Below, piece after piece: positions 9,216-17,648 of a stretch of DNA of 64,000 nucleotides. The stretch lies in contig CAXULY010000005.1 of NCBI GenBank assembly GCA_964252075.1, positions 64,001 to 128,000 on the forward strand, read 5' to 3'. The notes under the pieces are model-generated. The model had not been told where the DNA came from, did not search any database, and was given only the letters and a program-made list of their open reading frames with translations. Origin of the DNA: an uncultured Deinococcaceae bacterium. GTDB taxonomy: Bacteria; Deinococcota; Deinococci; Deinococcales; Deinococcaceae. Numbering within the stretch: position 1 is the first letter of the stretch; every line of letters begins with the position of its first letter. The translations under genes and the position numbers were made by a program.

Positions 9216-9791
9216 GTGAACAACGATAGCCCACCGGCCACCACCCATGGCCCAAAGTTCCTGAGCGCCGACGAGAGCGTGCCCTATCTCGAAGCCAGCG
9301 GCCAGCAGCTTCTTCAGCGCCTGCTGAACAACCCCATGCCGGACCACCCACTGCACCCCGTGTGTGTGGACTTACTGGCCCACCTCGCCGACCTGCTGGA
9401 GGATCTCTGGCTGGCACGGCCCGCCACCCTTTCACGTCTGTCCATCATCGGCGGCGACTTCCTCTACCTGTCTCTGGTCGAGACGGGCCGCACCGTGATA
9501 ATCGACCTTGTGGACCTGCTCCTCGAGTTGCTGAGCACCAGCGGTCCCCGGCCCGAGCTCACCTACGCCGAGGGCCTGCGCCATCTCGCTGTGCAGACCC
9601 AGGCCCTGCTGGCCGCTCAAGCCGAGCCGACACAGCGAACCCAGGAACGGCGCGCGATCGCCCTCAGTCTGGCCCTGCTGCAGGAACACGCCCTGCGCAT
9701 CGTCGAGCGCTGGCGGCCACAACTCGCGATCTGGCTAAATAACCCGCAGGTCGACACCCTCCCCCTCAAGCGGTGCGGTGGATCTCAGTGA
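9216..9791 (+). CDS. hypothetical protein (Leu-rich, helical)
   Basis: AAGGAG RBS at 9204-9209 before GTG; stop overlaps the next start. Confidence 0.6.
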   Translation: MNNDSPPATTHGPKFLSADESVPYLEASGQQLLQRLLNNPMPDHPLHPVCVDLLAHLADLLEDLWLARPATLSRLSIIGGDFLYLSLVETGRTVIIDLVDLLLELLSTSGPRPELTYAEGLRHLAVQTQALLAAQAEPTQRTQERRAIALSLALLQEHALRIVERWRPQLAIWLNNPQVDTLPLKRCGGSQ

Positions 9792-10390
9792 TTCCCGCTC
9801 CCCACTCGAACGCAGACCATATCTATGTCCCACTCCACGGCCGCAACGCGCGAGGTCGCCGCGCGGTGGTCGATGCGGATCTGCCGAATCTGGCGCGCAT
9901 CCTGGCCCTGCGCTGGTACGTGAACAGCAAGGGCTACGTATTCGCCGAGGTGGGGCCACGGACAGGGCGCGGGCGGCGGACCGCACGCCTGCATCAGGTG
10001 GTGCTTGGCCTGGAAGGGCGGGCGGTGGGTCGGGCGGGGCAGGTCGACCACCTGAACCACGACCTGCTGGACAACCGCCGCGCGAACCTGCGTCCCGTCA
10101 CACCGAGCGAGAACACCATGAACCGGCGGGTGGGTCACACCGGCACCAGCCGTTACCGGGGTGTGAGCCACCACCGGGGCCGCTGGCGGGCGCGCCTACG
10201 GTACGGCCACACGGCGGTGTCCATCGGCATCTTCGACACCGAGCGGGATGCGGCGCTGGCGTACGACGTGGTGGCGGTGTTCCTGCTGGGCGTGCTGGCG
10301 CAGCCCAACTTCGAGGAGCGCGCCCGTTACCAGGTGGCGGCGGACCGCATGCTGCGCATCTACAACCTCGCGCGCGGGCGGCAGGACTGA
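9788..10390 (+). CDS. HNH-AP2 domain endonuclease
   Basis: VDHLNHDLLDNRRANLRPVTPSENTMN (intact HNH); AP2 SRYRGVS...WRARL...IGIF...AALAYD...PNF. Confidence 0.88.
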   Translation: MIPAPHSNADHIYVPLHGRNARGRRAVVDADLPNLARILALRWYVNSKGYVFAEVGPRTGRGRRTARLHQVVLGLEGRAVGRAGQVDHLNHDLLDNRRANLRPVTPSENTMNRRVGHTGTSRYRGVSHHRGRWRARLRYGHTAVSIGIFDTERDAALAYDVVAVFLLGVLAQPNFEERARYQVAADRMLRIYNLARGRQD

Positions 10391-10392
10391 CC

Positions 10393-10416
10393 CTTGCTGC
10401 CCCGCGGGGCGGCAAG
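10393..10416. repeat. palindrome copy 2, extended: CTTGCTGCCCCGCGGGGCGGCAAG
   Basis: 24-bp dyad with one mismatch, starting 2 nt after the HNH-AP2 stop. Confidence 0.9.
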
Positions 10417-10617
10417 CTTTCAGATCGTGCCTATAAGGCTTGGTAGCTCCGCTCCTGCTGGTGCTTTTGCTGTTTATCTTCCTACGCCACCACGACAGGA
10501 CTTGGGTGGGTTTCCTACGTCACCGGAGCGGGACCGAGGATTGGTGCCTTCAACGTCGTCTAGAACGATGAATTTCTCTTATAGAGCGGAGAAGTCAGAA
10601 GGAATCTGTCTAGCAGA

Positions 10618-10631
10618 TGCCCCGCGGGGCA
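10618..10631. repeat. palindrome TGCCCCGCGGGGCA, copy 3
   Basis: Perfect copy about 90 nt upstream of the xis-like gene. Confidence 0.9.
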
Positions 10632-10719
10632 CGGCCAAATCAGCCCGTGCCCTAAGCGGGAGAGACAGTGCCTTCAGAAACGTACGGCGAAAGTCCGAGG
10701 CGTTTCGGGAGGATAGACG

Positions 10720-10935
10720 GTGAAGAAAGACACTACGGTCCATCCGGACCTCCTGACCGTTCAGCAGGTCGCTGATCGTCTGCAGCTTGGCCGCAACAAG
10801 GTGTATGCCTTGGTCAATAGCCACGCGATTCCAGCCTTTCGAGTGGGCGGCAGCATCCGTGTCCCTCGTGAGGCACTGGGACGGTGGGTCGACGCGCAGT
10901 GCCAGAGCCCGAAGGCCCTGTCACGGAACCAATAA
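10720..10935 (+). CDS. excisionase (HTH_17 family)
   Basis: LLTVQQVADRLQLGRNKVYALV...IPAFRVGGSIRVP; GGAGG RBS; directly upstream of the integrase. Confidence 0.85.
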   Translation: MKKDTTVHPDLLTVQQVADRLQLGRNKVYALVNSHAIPAFRVGGSIRVPREALGRWVDAQCQSPKALSRNQ

Positions 10936-10975
10936 CTTCCGGGCGCTTGGAAGCGCCCGGCTTGAAAGGACAACC

Positions 10976-12157
10976 ATGGATAAATCAAAAGACCGTGCGC
11001 GTCAGCGCGTAAAGGGCAACGGCCAGGGAACGGTGGAGCAGTTGCCCAGTGGGAGGTGGCGCTGGCGGGTCAGCGTCGGGATGGACAGCAACGGCCAGCA
11101 GATCCGCCGCAGCGGCACCGCTATCAATAAGACGGAGGCAAATCGTGCACTGTCGCGGGCCATCGCCGACCGTGATCGTGGACTGCTCGCCCAGCACCAG
11201 CACGTCAGGCTGGGCGAATGGCTCGACAACTGGCTGGCCGGCCGCAAGCCTCACCTCAGCCCCACGACCCACGACATGTATCAGCGTTACCTCAGGCTGT
11301 ATGTGCCATTGCAGCTTCGCCAGGTGCGCCTGCACGAAATCAAGGTCATCCATCTGCGTGGACTGGACGCCACTCTGCTGGAACGTCGTCTCTCCTCGGC
11401 CACGCGCGGCAAAGTGTTTGCCCTGCTTCGCTCAGCCCTGGACGCGGCGCTCGAAGACGGCCATCTGGTCAGCAACCCTGCGCGCCTGATCCGCATCCAG
11501 GCGCAGACTGCCGAACGCCAGCAGCAGAAGCGCAAGGCGCTCACGGTCGATGAACTGCGCCGCTTCATGGAGGCGGCGGCCAGCCATGAACTCTACCCGC
11601 TGGTATACACCCTGTTCTCGCTGGGTTTGCGCCGGGGAGAAGTGCTCGGCCTGCGATGGCAGGACATTGACCTGGATCACGGGACGATTCAGGTTGAACA
11701 GCAGGTACGACTGATGGGTAATCGGCCCGAGATCGGACCGCTCAAGACTGAATCGTCACGGCGCCTTCTGTACGCGAGCCAGGACCTGCTCGACCTGCTG
11801 GCTCGACACCAGCGTGAGCAGGCGGAGCGCCGCGGTGTCATCGGCTCAGCCTGGCCGGATACCGATCTCGTGTTTACAAGCGCCGTCGGCACCATGTTGG
11901 ACCCGCACAACCTGAATCGGGCGATTGCGGTGATCTGCAAGAGGGCTGGGCTTGCTCGGTTTGGGTCGCACACTGGGCGGCATACGAACATCAGTCACCG
12001 CCTGAAGGCAGGCGAGCAGTTGGAGGTGGTTGCTGCCATCGCAGGCCACCGCGACCCACGCACCACCGCTGGGCAATACCGGACTGTCTTTGAGGACGAG
12101 AAGCGTCGAGCGGTCTACAGCTTGGCGGATCACCTCAAGGCGAAGGAGGGCGAATAA
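10976..12157 (+). CDS. tyrosine recombinase / phage integrase
   Basis: N-terminal GNGQGTV...WRWRV arm domain; catalytic R (GLRRGE), K (LKT), HxxR (HTGRH), H (AGH), Y (GQY). Confidence 0.93.
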   Translation: MDKSKDRARQRVKGNGQGTVEQLPSGRWRWRVSVGMDSNGQQIRRSGTAINKTEANRALSRAIADRDRGLLAQHQHVRLGEWLDNWLAGRKPHLSPTTHDMYQRYLRLYVPLQLRQVRLHEIKVIHLRGLDATLLERRLSSATRGKVFALLRSALDAALEDGHLVSNPARLIRIQAQTAERQQQKRKALTVDELRRFMEAAASHELYPLVYTLFSLGLRRGEVLGLRWQDIDLDHGTIQVEQQVRLMGNRPEIGPLKTESSRRLLYASQDLLDLLARHQREQAERRGVIGSAWPDTDLVFTSAVGTMLDPHNLNRAIAVICKRAGLARFGSHTGRHTNISHRLKAGEQLEVVAAIAGHRDPRTTAGQYRTVFEDEKRRAVYSLADHLKAKEGE

Positions 12158-12225
12158 TGCCGCCCTCGCGGCAACACGATCCGGGCTCATTGTCTCCACG
12201 CCCCTCATTCAGTAAGTCCTGCCGC

Positions 12226-12245
12226 TCGTGCCCCGCGGGGCACGA
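12226..12245. repeat. palindrome copy 4, extended: TCGTGCCCCGCGGGGCACGA
   Basis: Perfect 20-bp palindrome just upstream of the AAGGAG RBS of the replication operon. Confidence 0.9.
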
Positions 12246-12260
12246 AGCGCCCAAGGAGTG

Positions 12261-12593
12261 ATGATGCATTCAGCCCATCTCGTCTCTGACAACGTCGGCA
12301 TCCAGCCGGTCAACCTTACTTTCAGGGCGCTGGATTACATGCCCGGATTCGGCACCAAGCGGTGTCACCCGTCCGTTTTGCCGATCAAGAAGCCCGGTGA
12401 ACGCTATTTGGAAGCCAGCACCTGCATTCACTGGGTCGCCTATCTGGAATACACCGGCGAAACGGCGTTCACCGGCGTGATGAACCACATGGAAAGCCGC
12501 GGACGCGTTATCTGCGGGCGCGAAGTGAACTTGGTGAATGACACTCTGTCTGACCACATTGACCTCTGTCTGCTCGTGATCGGTCAGGGCTGA
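12261..12593 (+). CDS. hypothetical protein
   Basis: AAGGAG RBS; abuts rep. Confidence 0.55.
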   Translation: MMHSAHLVSDNVGIQPVNLTFRALDYMPGFGTKRCHPSVLPIKKPGERYLEASTCIHWVAYLEYTGETAFTGVMNHMESRGRVICGREVNLVNDTLSDHIDLCLLVIGQG

Positions 12594-12596
12594 GCC

Positions 12597-13718
12597 GTGC
12601 CCAACCTGTACAGCACGCTATGGGGCATGGACCCCGAGACCGAAGCCTCCATCACCGAAGAATTTTTGCAAAACCGCAACCAGCGTGAGTTGCCCATGTC
12701 TTTGTACTGGGAACTGGACGTCATTCCCTGGAGCGTCTGGGCATCTCGCGTGTACATGCACTTCATCCGCCGTGCAGGAAAGGACGGCAAAATCTACCCC
12801 AGCTACGCCAGCATCGGCGAACAGTGCTTTCGCGCCACCATGCCGAACGCCAAGTCGGAAAGCCTGCGGCGTAGGGCTATTGAGGCTGTCAAGGAGCTGA
12901 TCAACCTTGGGTTGATCTGCCGCCTGCACCGCTCGGCGGCCAGTGGCAACAACCAGAGCAACATCTACCTGCTGTGCCGCACCAGCGAATGGCTGGAGAG
13001 CGCCAAGGTCGCCACCCCACCCCAGCGTGGGCCTTCTGGGAAGCGCCAGGGAAAGACTCGTAAGTCTCGGCAGGGGGGTGATCCGGGATCACCCCCTGGT
13101 GTTGTGGGAACACCCCCTGGTGATGGGGGGGCACTCAAAGATATTCAGATTGAAGAGAATCAACGTAAAGGAATACAACCCCTTACCGCCCCTGCGGGCG
13201 GTGGCGACACCGAATGGCTGGCGGCCCTGGGTGGTCGGCTCGCAGATGCACATCGGCCTCAGGAAGCCACTGCCATTCATCAAGCGCCGCCTACAAAGGC
13301 TTCCGAACAGCAAGACGCAAGGAACGTTTTTCCTGTGGCTCCTGAGATTGCCCCGCGACCACGGAAGGAGGTAATGCCGGCGGCGGTGCTGAATCCTATG
13401 AAGGCGGCAGTGGCCGAGGGCTGCTGGCCTGGAGAGACGCCAGGTGACTGGGGCTACATCACCAACGCTGCCAAGAGCCTGATCTCGCAGGGCTTCACGC
13501 CTGAAGAGGTGCGCACCATGTGCGCCGAGCTGCACGAGAACTCAGGCTGGTCTGGCAAGGTGACGCCCGGCGCCATCGCCAAGTATGCGCTGACCTGGCG
13601 CACCAGCAAGAAGAAGCTGGCCCCGACCCCGAAGGTCAAGGGCCTGCACGCCAATTACGAAGCCAACCTGCAGGCGGCCTGTGAGGCCTTCTCCGACCTG
13701 CCGAAACGAGACTGGTAA
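12597..13718 (+). CDS. phage-type replication initiator (N-terminal winged HTH)
   Basis: IYPSYASIGE...AIEAVKELINLGLI...SNIYLL; internal iterons; followed by loader and helicase genes. Confidence 0.75.
   Translation: MPNLYSTLWGMDPETEASITEEFLQNRNQRELPMSLYWELDVIPWSVWASRVYMHFIRRAGKDGKIYPSYASIGEQCFRATMPNAKSESLRRRAIEAVKELINLGLICRLHRSAASGNNQSNIYLLCRTSEWLESAKVATPPQRGPSGKRQGKTRKSRQGGDPGSPPGVVGTPPGDGGALKDIQIEENQRKGIQPLTAPAGGGDTEWLAALGGRLADAHRPQEATAIHQAPPTKASEQQDARNVFPVAPEIAPRPRKEVMPAAVLNPMKAAVAEGCWPGETPGDWGYITNAAKSLISQGFTPEEVRTMCAELHENSGWSGKVTPGAIAKYALTWRTSKKKLAPTPKVKGLHANYEANLQAACEAFSDLPKRDW
13077..13180. repeat. putative replication origin: three 17-bp GGTG-N9-CAC(C/T) iterons at 21-bp period plus an A-rich tract
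   Basis: Units at 13077, 13098 and 13119 separated by CCCT; A-rich 13136-13180. Confidence 0.65.
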
Positions 13719-14416
13719 TGACCGACATCCAATGCCCCCTCTGCGCCGCCGACCCCTTCACCGCACTGCGTGACAGCGTCGGTCGCCTGACCACGCTGCT
13801 GCACCGGTGCGACTGCGCCTTCGGCAATCAGAGCCTTGCGTACCAGCAGGGCGTCGAGCGCATCGTCAACGGCTCCAAAAACCTCTTCGCCTTCACCGAG
13901 GCGCTGCCCGAGATCTACCGCGAATACACGCTAGAGGGGTACCGGGTCCACGACGACAACCGCAGCGGATTCAAAGCGGCATGCCACTTGGAGACGGGCA
14001 ACCTGCTGCTTTTGCAGGGGCCCCGCGGCACCGGCAAGACGCGCCTCGCGGTGGGCGGCGCCAGCAAGCTGATCGCGCACACCGGCGTGACTGGGTCGTT
14101 CTGGAGTGAGCTGGAGCTGGTCGAGCGGCTGTTCGACAGCTACAAAGGCCTCGCCGAGAAGCCCGATCTCAAGTCGCCGGGCGTCCTGATCATCGACGAC
14201 GTGGGCCGCGCCCCGCAGGACCCGCACTATTTCCGCATGTTCTTCGCCATGCTCGAATACCGCTACAGCCACCGTAAGACCACCCTCTTCACCAGCAACC
14301 TGGGCGTGCAAGAGGTGGCCGCCAGCTACTCGGCGCGCCAGGTGGATACCGAAGCCATCCTCTCGCGCCTGAAGACCGGCACCATCGTGTCTGTGAAGGG
14401 CAGGGACGAGCGATGA
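13718..14416 (+). CDS. DnaC/IstB-like AAA+ ATPase (helicase loader)
   Basis: N-terminal CPLC/CDC; Walker A GPRGTGKT; Walker B LIIDDVG; TLFTSN; SRL. Confidence 0.85.
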   Translation: MTDIQCPLCAADPFTALRDSVGRLTTLLHRCDCAFGNQSLAYQQGVERIVNGSKNLFAFTEALPEIYREYTLEGYRVHDDNRSGFKAACHLETGNLLLLQGPRGTGKTRLAVGGASKLIAHTGVTGSFWSELELVERLFDSYKGLAEKPDLKSPGVLIIDDVGRAPQDPHYFRMFFAMLEYRYSHRKTTLFTSNLGVQEVAASYSARQVDTEAILSRLKTGTIVSVKGRDER

Positions 14417-15810
14417 GCCTGACGCCGTCGCAGGCCTTTGTGGCCATGATGGTGGAGGTCGCCCAGGAGGAGAAGGGGAACGCGCCCGCCCTGCTGATGG
14501 GTGTCTCTGAGGATGTGGACTCCACCTGGTTCCCCGAAGCCGACCGCGTGCTGTACGACACCATCCGCACGGTGCTGGCCGAGGGCAGTGTGCCGACCCT
14601 GTCGGCCCTCACCCCGCGCCTCGCACCGGATCAATTGGCCCGCCTCAAGTTCGCGGTCGCGCAGTTGCGCCAGGGCGACGAGGGTGACTTCGGCGACTGG
14701 CCCAGCGCAAGGCGCGCGCTGCGAGACGAGGCCACCAAGCGCGACCTGACCGGGCGCATCCAGAGCGGCGTGGCGGCCCTGAAGGAAGGCAAGCTGGGCG
14801 AAGCGCACACCGCCCTGGTGACCAGCCAGTTTGGCGGCACGCTGACCATCACCCGCCAGAGCACCTTCACCAAAAATGTGCTGGACGCAGGCGGCATGAC
14901 GCGCTTCATCCGCACGCCCTGGGACCTGCTGAGCAAGCAGATCGGCGGCGGCTATGGGGTGGGCGGCACCCACGCCATGAGCATCGTGATCGCGCCGACC
15001 GGCGTGGGCAAGTCAACCTGGGCACGTCAGCAGATTGCCAGCTTCATTGAGGATGGCCACCGGGTGCTGTACTTCGCGGGTGAGGCCACCCCGGAGAACG
15101 TCCTGCACGACGTGTACATGCTCACGGCGGGCATCAGCAAGGAAGCGCTCCACCAGCGGCACCCCACGGCGGTGGAGCGCTTCGAGGGGGCCCGCGCGCA
15201 CCTCGCCAGCTTCCGCGACGGCCTGACCCTGGTGACCGGCAAGTTCAGCGACATCGACGTGGTGGAGCGCGCCGCCTTTGAGGCCTCGCGCCTGGTGAGC
15301 GACAAGCGCTTGGGCCTGGCCGAGCCGCAGGCCGAGCTGATGGTGATCGTGGACAACCTCGACCACGCGGTGCGCCACCGGCTGCGCGGTGCCAAGCTGG
15401 CCGAGTGGCAGGTGTACGACGAGGCGCTGGGCGAGATGGCCGAGGCGGCCAGCCACAGCAACTACCACCTGATGAACCTCTCGCAGCCCAACGCCGAGGG
15501 CGCCAAGCTGCTCGGCCCGGCCTTCGAGGGCGACGTGCAGGGCGGGCGCCGCGCCGCCAACCACGCCGCGCTGATCATCAGTCTATGGCGGCCCCTGACC
15601 GCCGCGCACCGCGAGATGCATGACCGCGCCCAGAACCCGCACATCGCCAGCAAGCACATCATCGCCGTGCGCAAGTCGCGCGCCGGAGCCACCGACGAGC
15701 TGGAGTTCGACAGCCAATTCGGGCTGTGGCATCCTCGCGGCAAGCTGCCCATCAAGCGCACGTTCGGCCCCAAGACCTTGGTCGCCAACCCCAACGTGCT
15801 GCCCTTCTAA
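14413..15810 (+). CDS. DnaB-like (SF4) replicative helicase
   Basis: APTGVGKS, YFAGE, VIVDNLD, LSQPN, VRKSR. Confidence 0.8.
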   Translation: MSLTPSQAFVAMMVEVAQEEKGNAPALLMGVSEDVDSTWFPEADRVLYDTIRTVLAEGSVPTLSALTPRLAPDQLARLKFAVAQLRQGDEGDFGDWPSARRALRDEATKRDLTGRIQSGVAALKEGKLGEAHTALVTSQFGGTLTITRQSTFTKNVLDAGGMTRFIRTPWDLLSKQIGGGYGVGGTHAMSIVIAPTGVGKSTWARQQIASFIEDGHRVLYFAGEATPENVLHDVYMLTAGISKEALHQRHPTAVERFEGARAHLASFRDGLTLVTGKFSDIDVVERAAFEASRLVSDKRLGLAEPQAELMVIVDNLDHAVRHRLRGAKLAEWQVYDEALGEMAEAASHSNYHLMNLSQPNAEGAKLLGPAFEGDVQGGRRAANHAALIISLWRPLTAAHREMHDRAQNPHIASKHIIAVRKSRAGATDELEFDSQFGLWHPRGKLPIKRTFGPKTLVANPNVLPF

Positions 15811-15900
15811 GGAATCAATGACCCGAATGGACCGAGTGATCGAACACCTTGCCGGCACATCCATTGCTCTCGATTAGGTGCTTGTACACCCAGGTATCTA

Positions 15901-17338
15901 GGCCGTGTGCTCATGGGCACTTGTCGCGTACAGGCGCTTCAAGTGCCGTGGCCAGGCTCCGCCCAACGAAACGCCACGATCCGCGCCAGCGAACCGAACG
16001 GCTCTTCCAGCATCCACTTTGGTGGAGGTGAAGATCCCTGCACCGCATGAGCTGTTTTTGCGCTGACGGTCACGACGTCCGGCGCGAACAGCGTGACCAG
16101 GAATTCGGCGCGGTGCATGTTCACGCCCTGTTCGGGCAAGCCAAGGGCCACATGGAACTGCTGATGGGGAGGGACTTCCGTTCCGACCTCCAGCCAATCC
16201 AGAGAAGCGCCCACCGCGAACCACGGCCCCTCGGTGCGAACACGCACCTCTGGTGCCCCCAGGGCCAGCGCTTCGCTCACCAAGACCTCGACGAGACGCC
16301 AGGGGTTGGGTGCATACCCGCCAAACAACCAGGAGGGGTTGCGGCGATACAGCGTGGCCATGTCGTCATGCACACGGATGAGGTCCGCATCAGAGGGGTG
16401 GAACTCGTCCGACGGTTCGGGCATGACCCAGCGTACTTGATGACATCCGATACCCAACGAGCGCCTTCAAGAGGGTGCTCATCAGCACTCAGTACCCTGA
16501 CAGGCTTTGAGCGCCCTTCATCACCATGACCTCACGGATGCCCAGTGGATTGCCTTGCAGCCTCACCTCCCTCAGGCACGCGGCTTCGGCGGTCGTCCCC
16601 GGCTCGACGACCGCACCTTCTTGAACGCCATCCTCTGGCTGCTCCGTACCGGTGCACCGTGGCGCGATCTTCCACCGTGCTACGGCAACTGGAGTTCCGT
16701 CTCCACGCGCTTCTAACGCTGGTGCCGGCAAGGCGTTTGGGCGCACCTCCTCGCTCGCCTCCAGCACCTCGCTGATCAGCAAGGTGACATCGACTGGAAC
16801 ACGCAGGACATCGACTCGACCATCGTTCGCGCACATCACCACGCGGCCGGGGCAGGAGGGGGGCAGGAGCAAGAAGCGCTTGGACGCTCACGAGGTGGGT
16901 TCAGCACCAAACTGCACCTCAAATGCGAGGGGCAGGGAAAGCCGCTCGCCCTCCACCTCACGGCCGGTGAGCGACACGAGATGGTCGGCTTTCGCCCGCT
17001 CCTTGATGGGGGCAGGGTAAACCGCCCCGGTCCAGGAAGGCCCAAGCACCGCCCGAAACAGTTGGTGGGCGATCGCGCTGACAGCAACGGAACAGCGCGA
17101 CGGGAATTGCGTCGACGGGGTATACGAGCAGTGATTCCCCCAAAGCGCAACGCGAAGCGACCAGCGCGGTACGACCGCCTCGTCTACCGTGAGAGGAATC
17201 GGGTGAATCAAACGTTATCGGCGGGTCGCCACTCGGTACGACAAGCGCCAAGCGTACTTCGAGGCATGGCTGTACTTGGCGACGGTCGTGGCGTGGCTAC
17301 CGACGAAAAAGGCATCGTCAAGCCGTGAGCACATGGCC
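15901..17338 (+). mobile_element. IS5-family element with a passenger gene
   Basis: TIRs GGCCGTGTGCTCA (15901-15913) and TGAGCACATGGCC (17326-17338), 12 of 13 matching, flanked by duplicated TA within CTAG. Confidence 0.85.
15939..16424 (-). CDS. hypothetical passenger protein inside the IS
   Basis: Intact 161-aa ORF between the left TIR and the transposase. Confidence 0.65.
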   Translation of the reverse strand: MPEPSDEFHPSDADLIRVHDDMATLYRRNPSWLFGGYAPNPWRLVEVLVSEALALGAPEVRVRTEGPWFAVGASLDWLEVGTEVPPHQQFHVALGLPEQGVNMHRAEFLVTLFAPDVVTVSAKTAHAVQGSSPPPKWMLEEPFGSLARIVAFRWAEPGHGT

Positions 17339-17341
17339 TAG
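16507..17341 (+). pseudogene. IS5-family transposase pseudogene
   Basis: LTDAQW, RTGAPWRDLP, IDSTIVRAH, GRSRGGFSTKLH, VGDR, YRERNRV, RVATRYDK; premature TAA at 16714-16716 and a frameshift near 17205. Confidence 0.9.
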
Positions 17342-17526
17342 TACGCCGGCCTGTCCGACGACGAACTGATGGAGCTGGACACCGTGCTGTTCGAGTGCGC
17401 GCGCTGCAACTGGTGGGCGGATATTCATAAAGCCGTGGACAACGGGGGTGAGGACGTGTGCCAGAGTTGTGTCCACGAGCTGGGCCTGGATGAAGGCTGG
17501 GATGGGGGTGCGCCGAGCCACATCGC

Positions 17527-17540
17527 TGCCCCGCGGGGCA
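17527..17540. repeat. palindrome TGCCCCGCGGGGCA, copy 5
   Basis: Perfect copy at the end of the replication module, before the cargo genes. Confidence 0.9.
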
Positions 17541-17648
17541 AGAAAATGTCGTCGGAAATCGGTGTCCGGTGCACGTATACAGGTTGGCCAGCACAGAAAC
17601 CTGAGGCGCGGACTAGTTCGGGCCGCCGGGCGCGTGTCACATTCAGGT

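Larger units (their letters stand above)
15818..17520 (+). pseudogene. small Zn-ribbon phage-like gene split by the IS5 insertion (15818-15900 plus 17339 to about 17520)
   Basis: The halves rejoin in frame at the empty CTAG site: MTRMDRVIEHLAGTSIALD*VLVHPGI*YAGLSDDELMELDTVLFECARCNWW...CQSC. Confidence 0.5.

Noticed and set aside
15875..15901. Amber stop recoding in the split Zn-ribbon gene
   Set aside because: TAG is a normal stop elsewhere (pnkp, kdpF, 19212) and no suppressor tRNA is seen; pseudogenisation is simpler.
16840..16870. Programmed frameshift at the G-run of the IS5 transposase
   Set aside because: Both halves are already in the same frame here; the lesions are a nonsense codon and a later deletion.
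8226..17540. Palindrome copies as a CRISPR array or integron attC sites
   Set aside because: Spacing is irregular (220 bp to 5 kb), there are no cas genes and no GTTRRRY-type ends, and the integrase looks phage-type.
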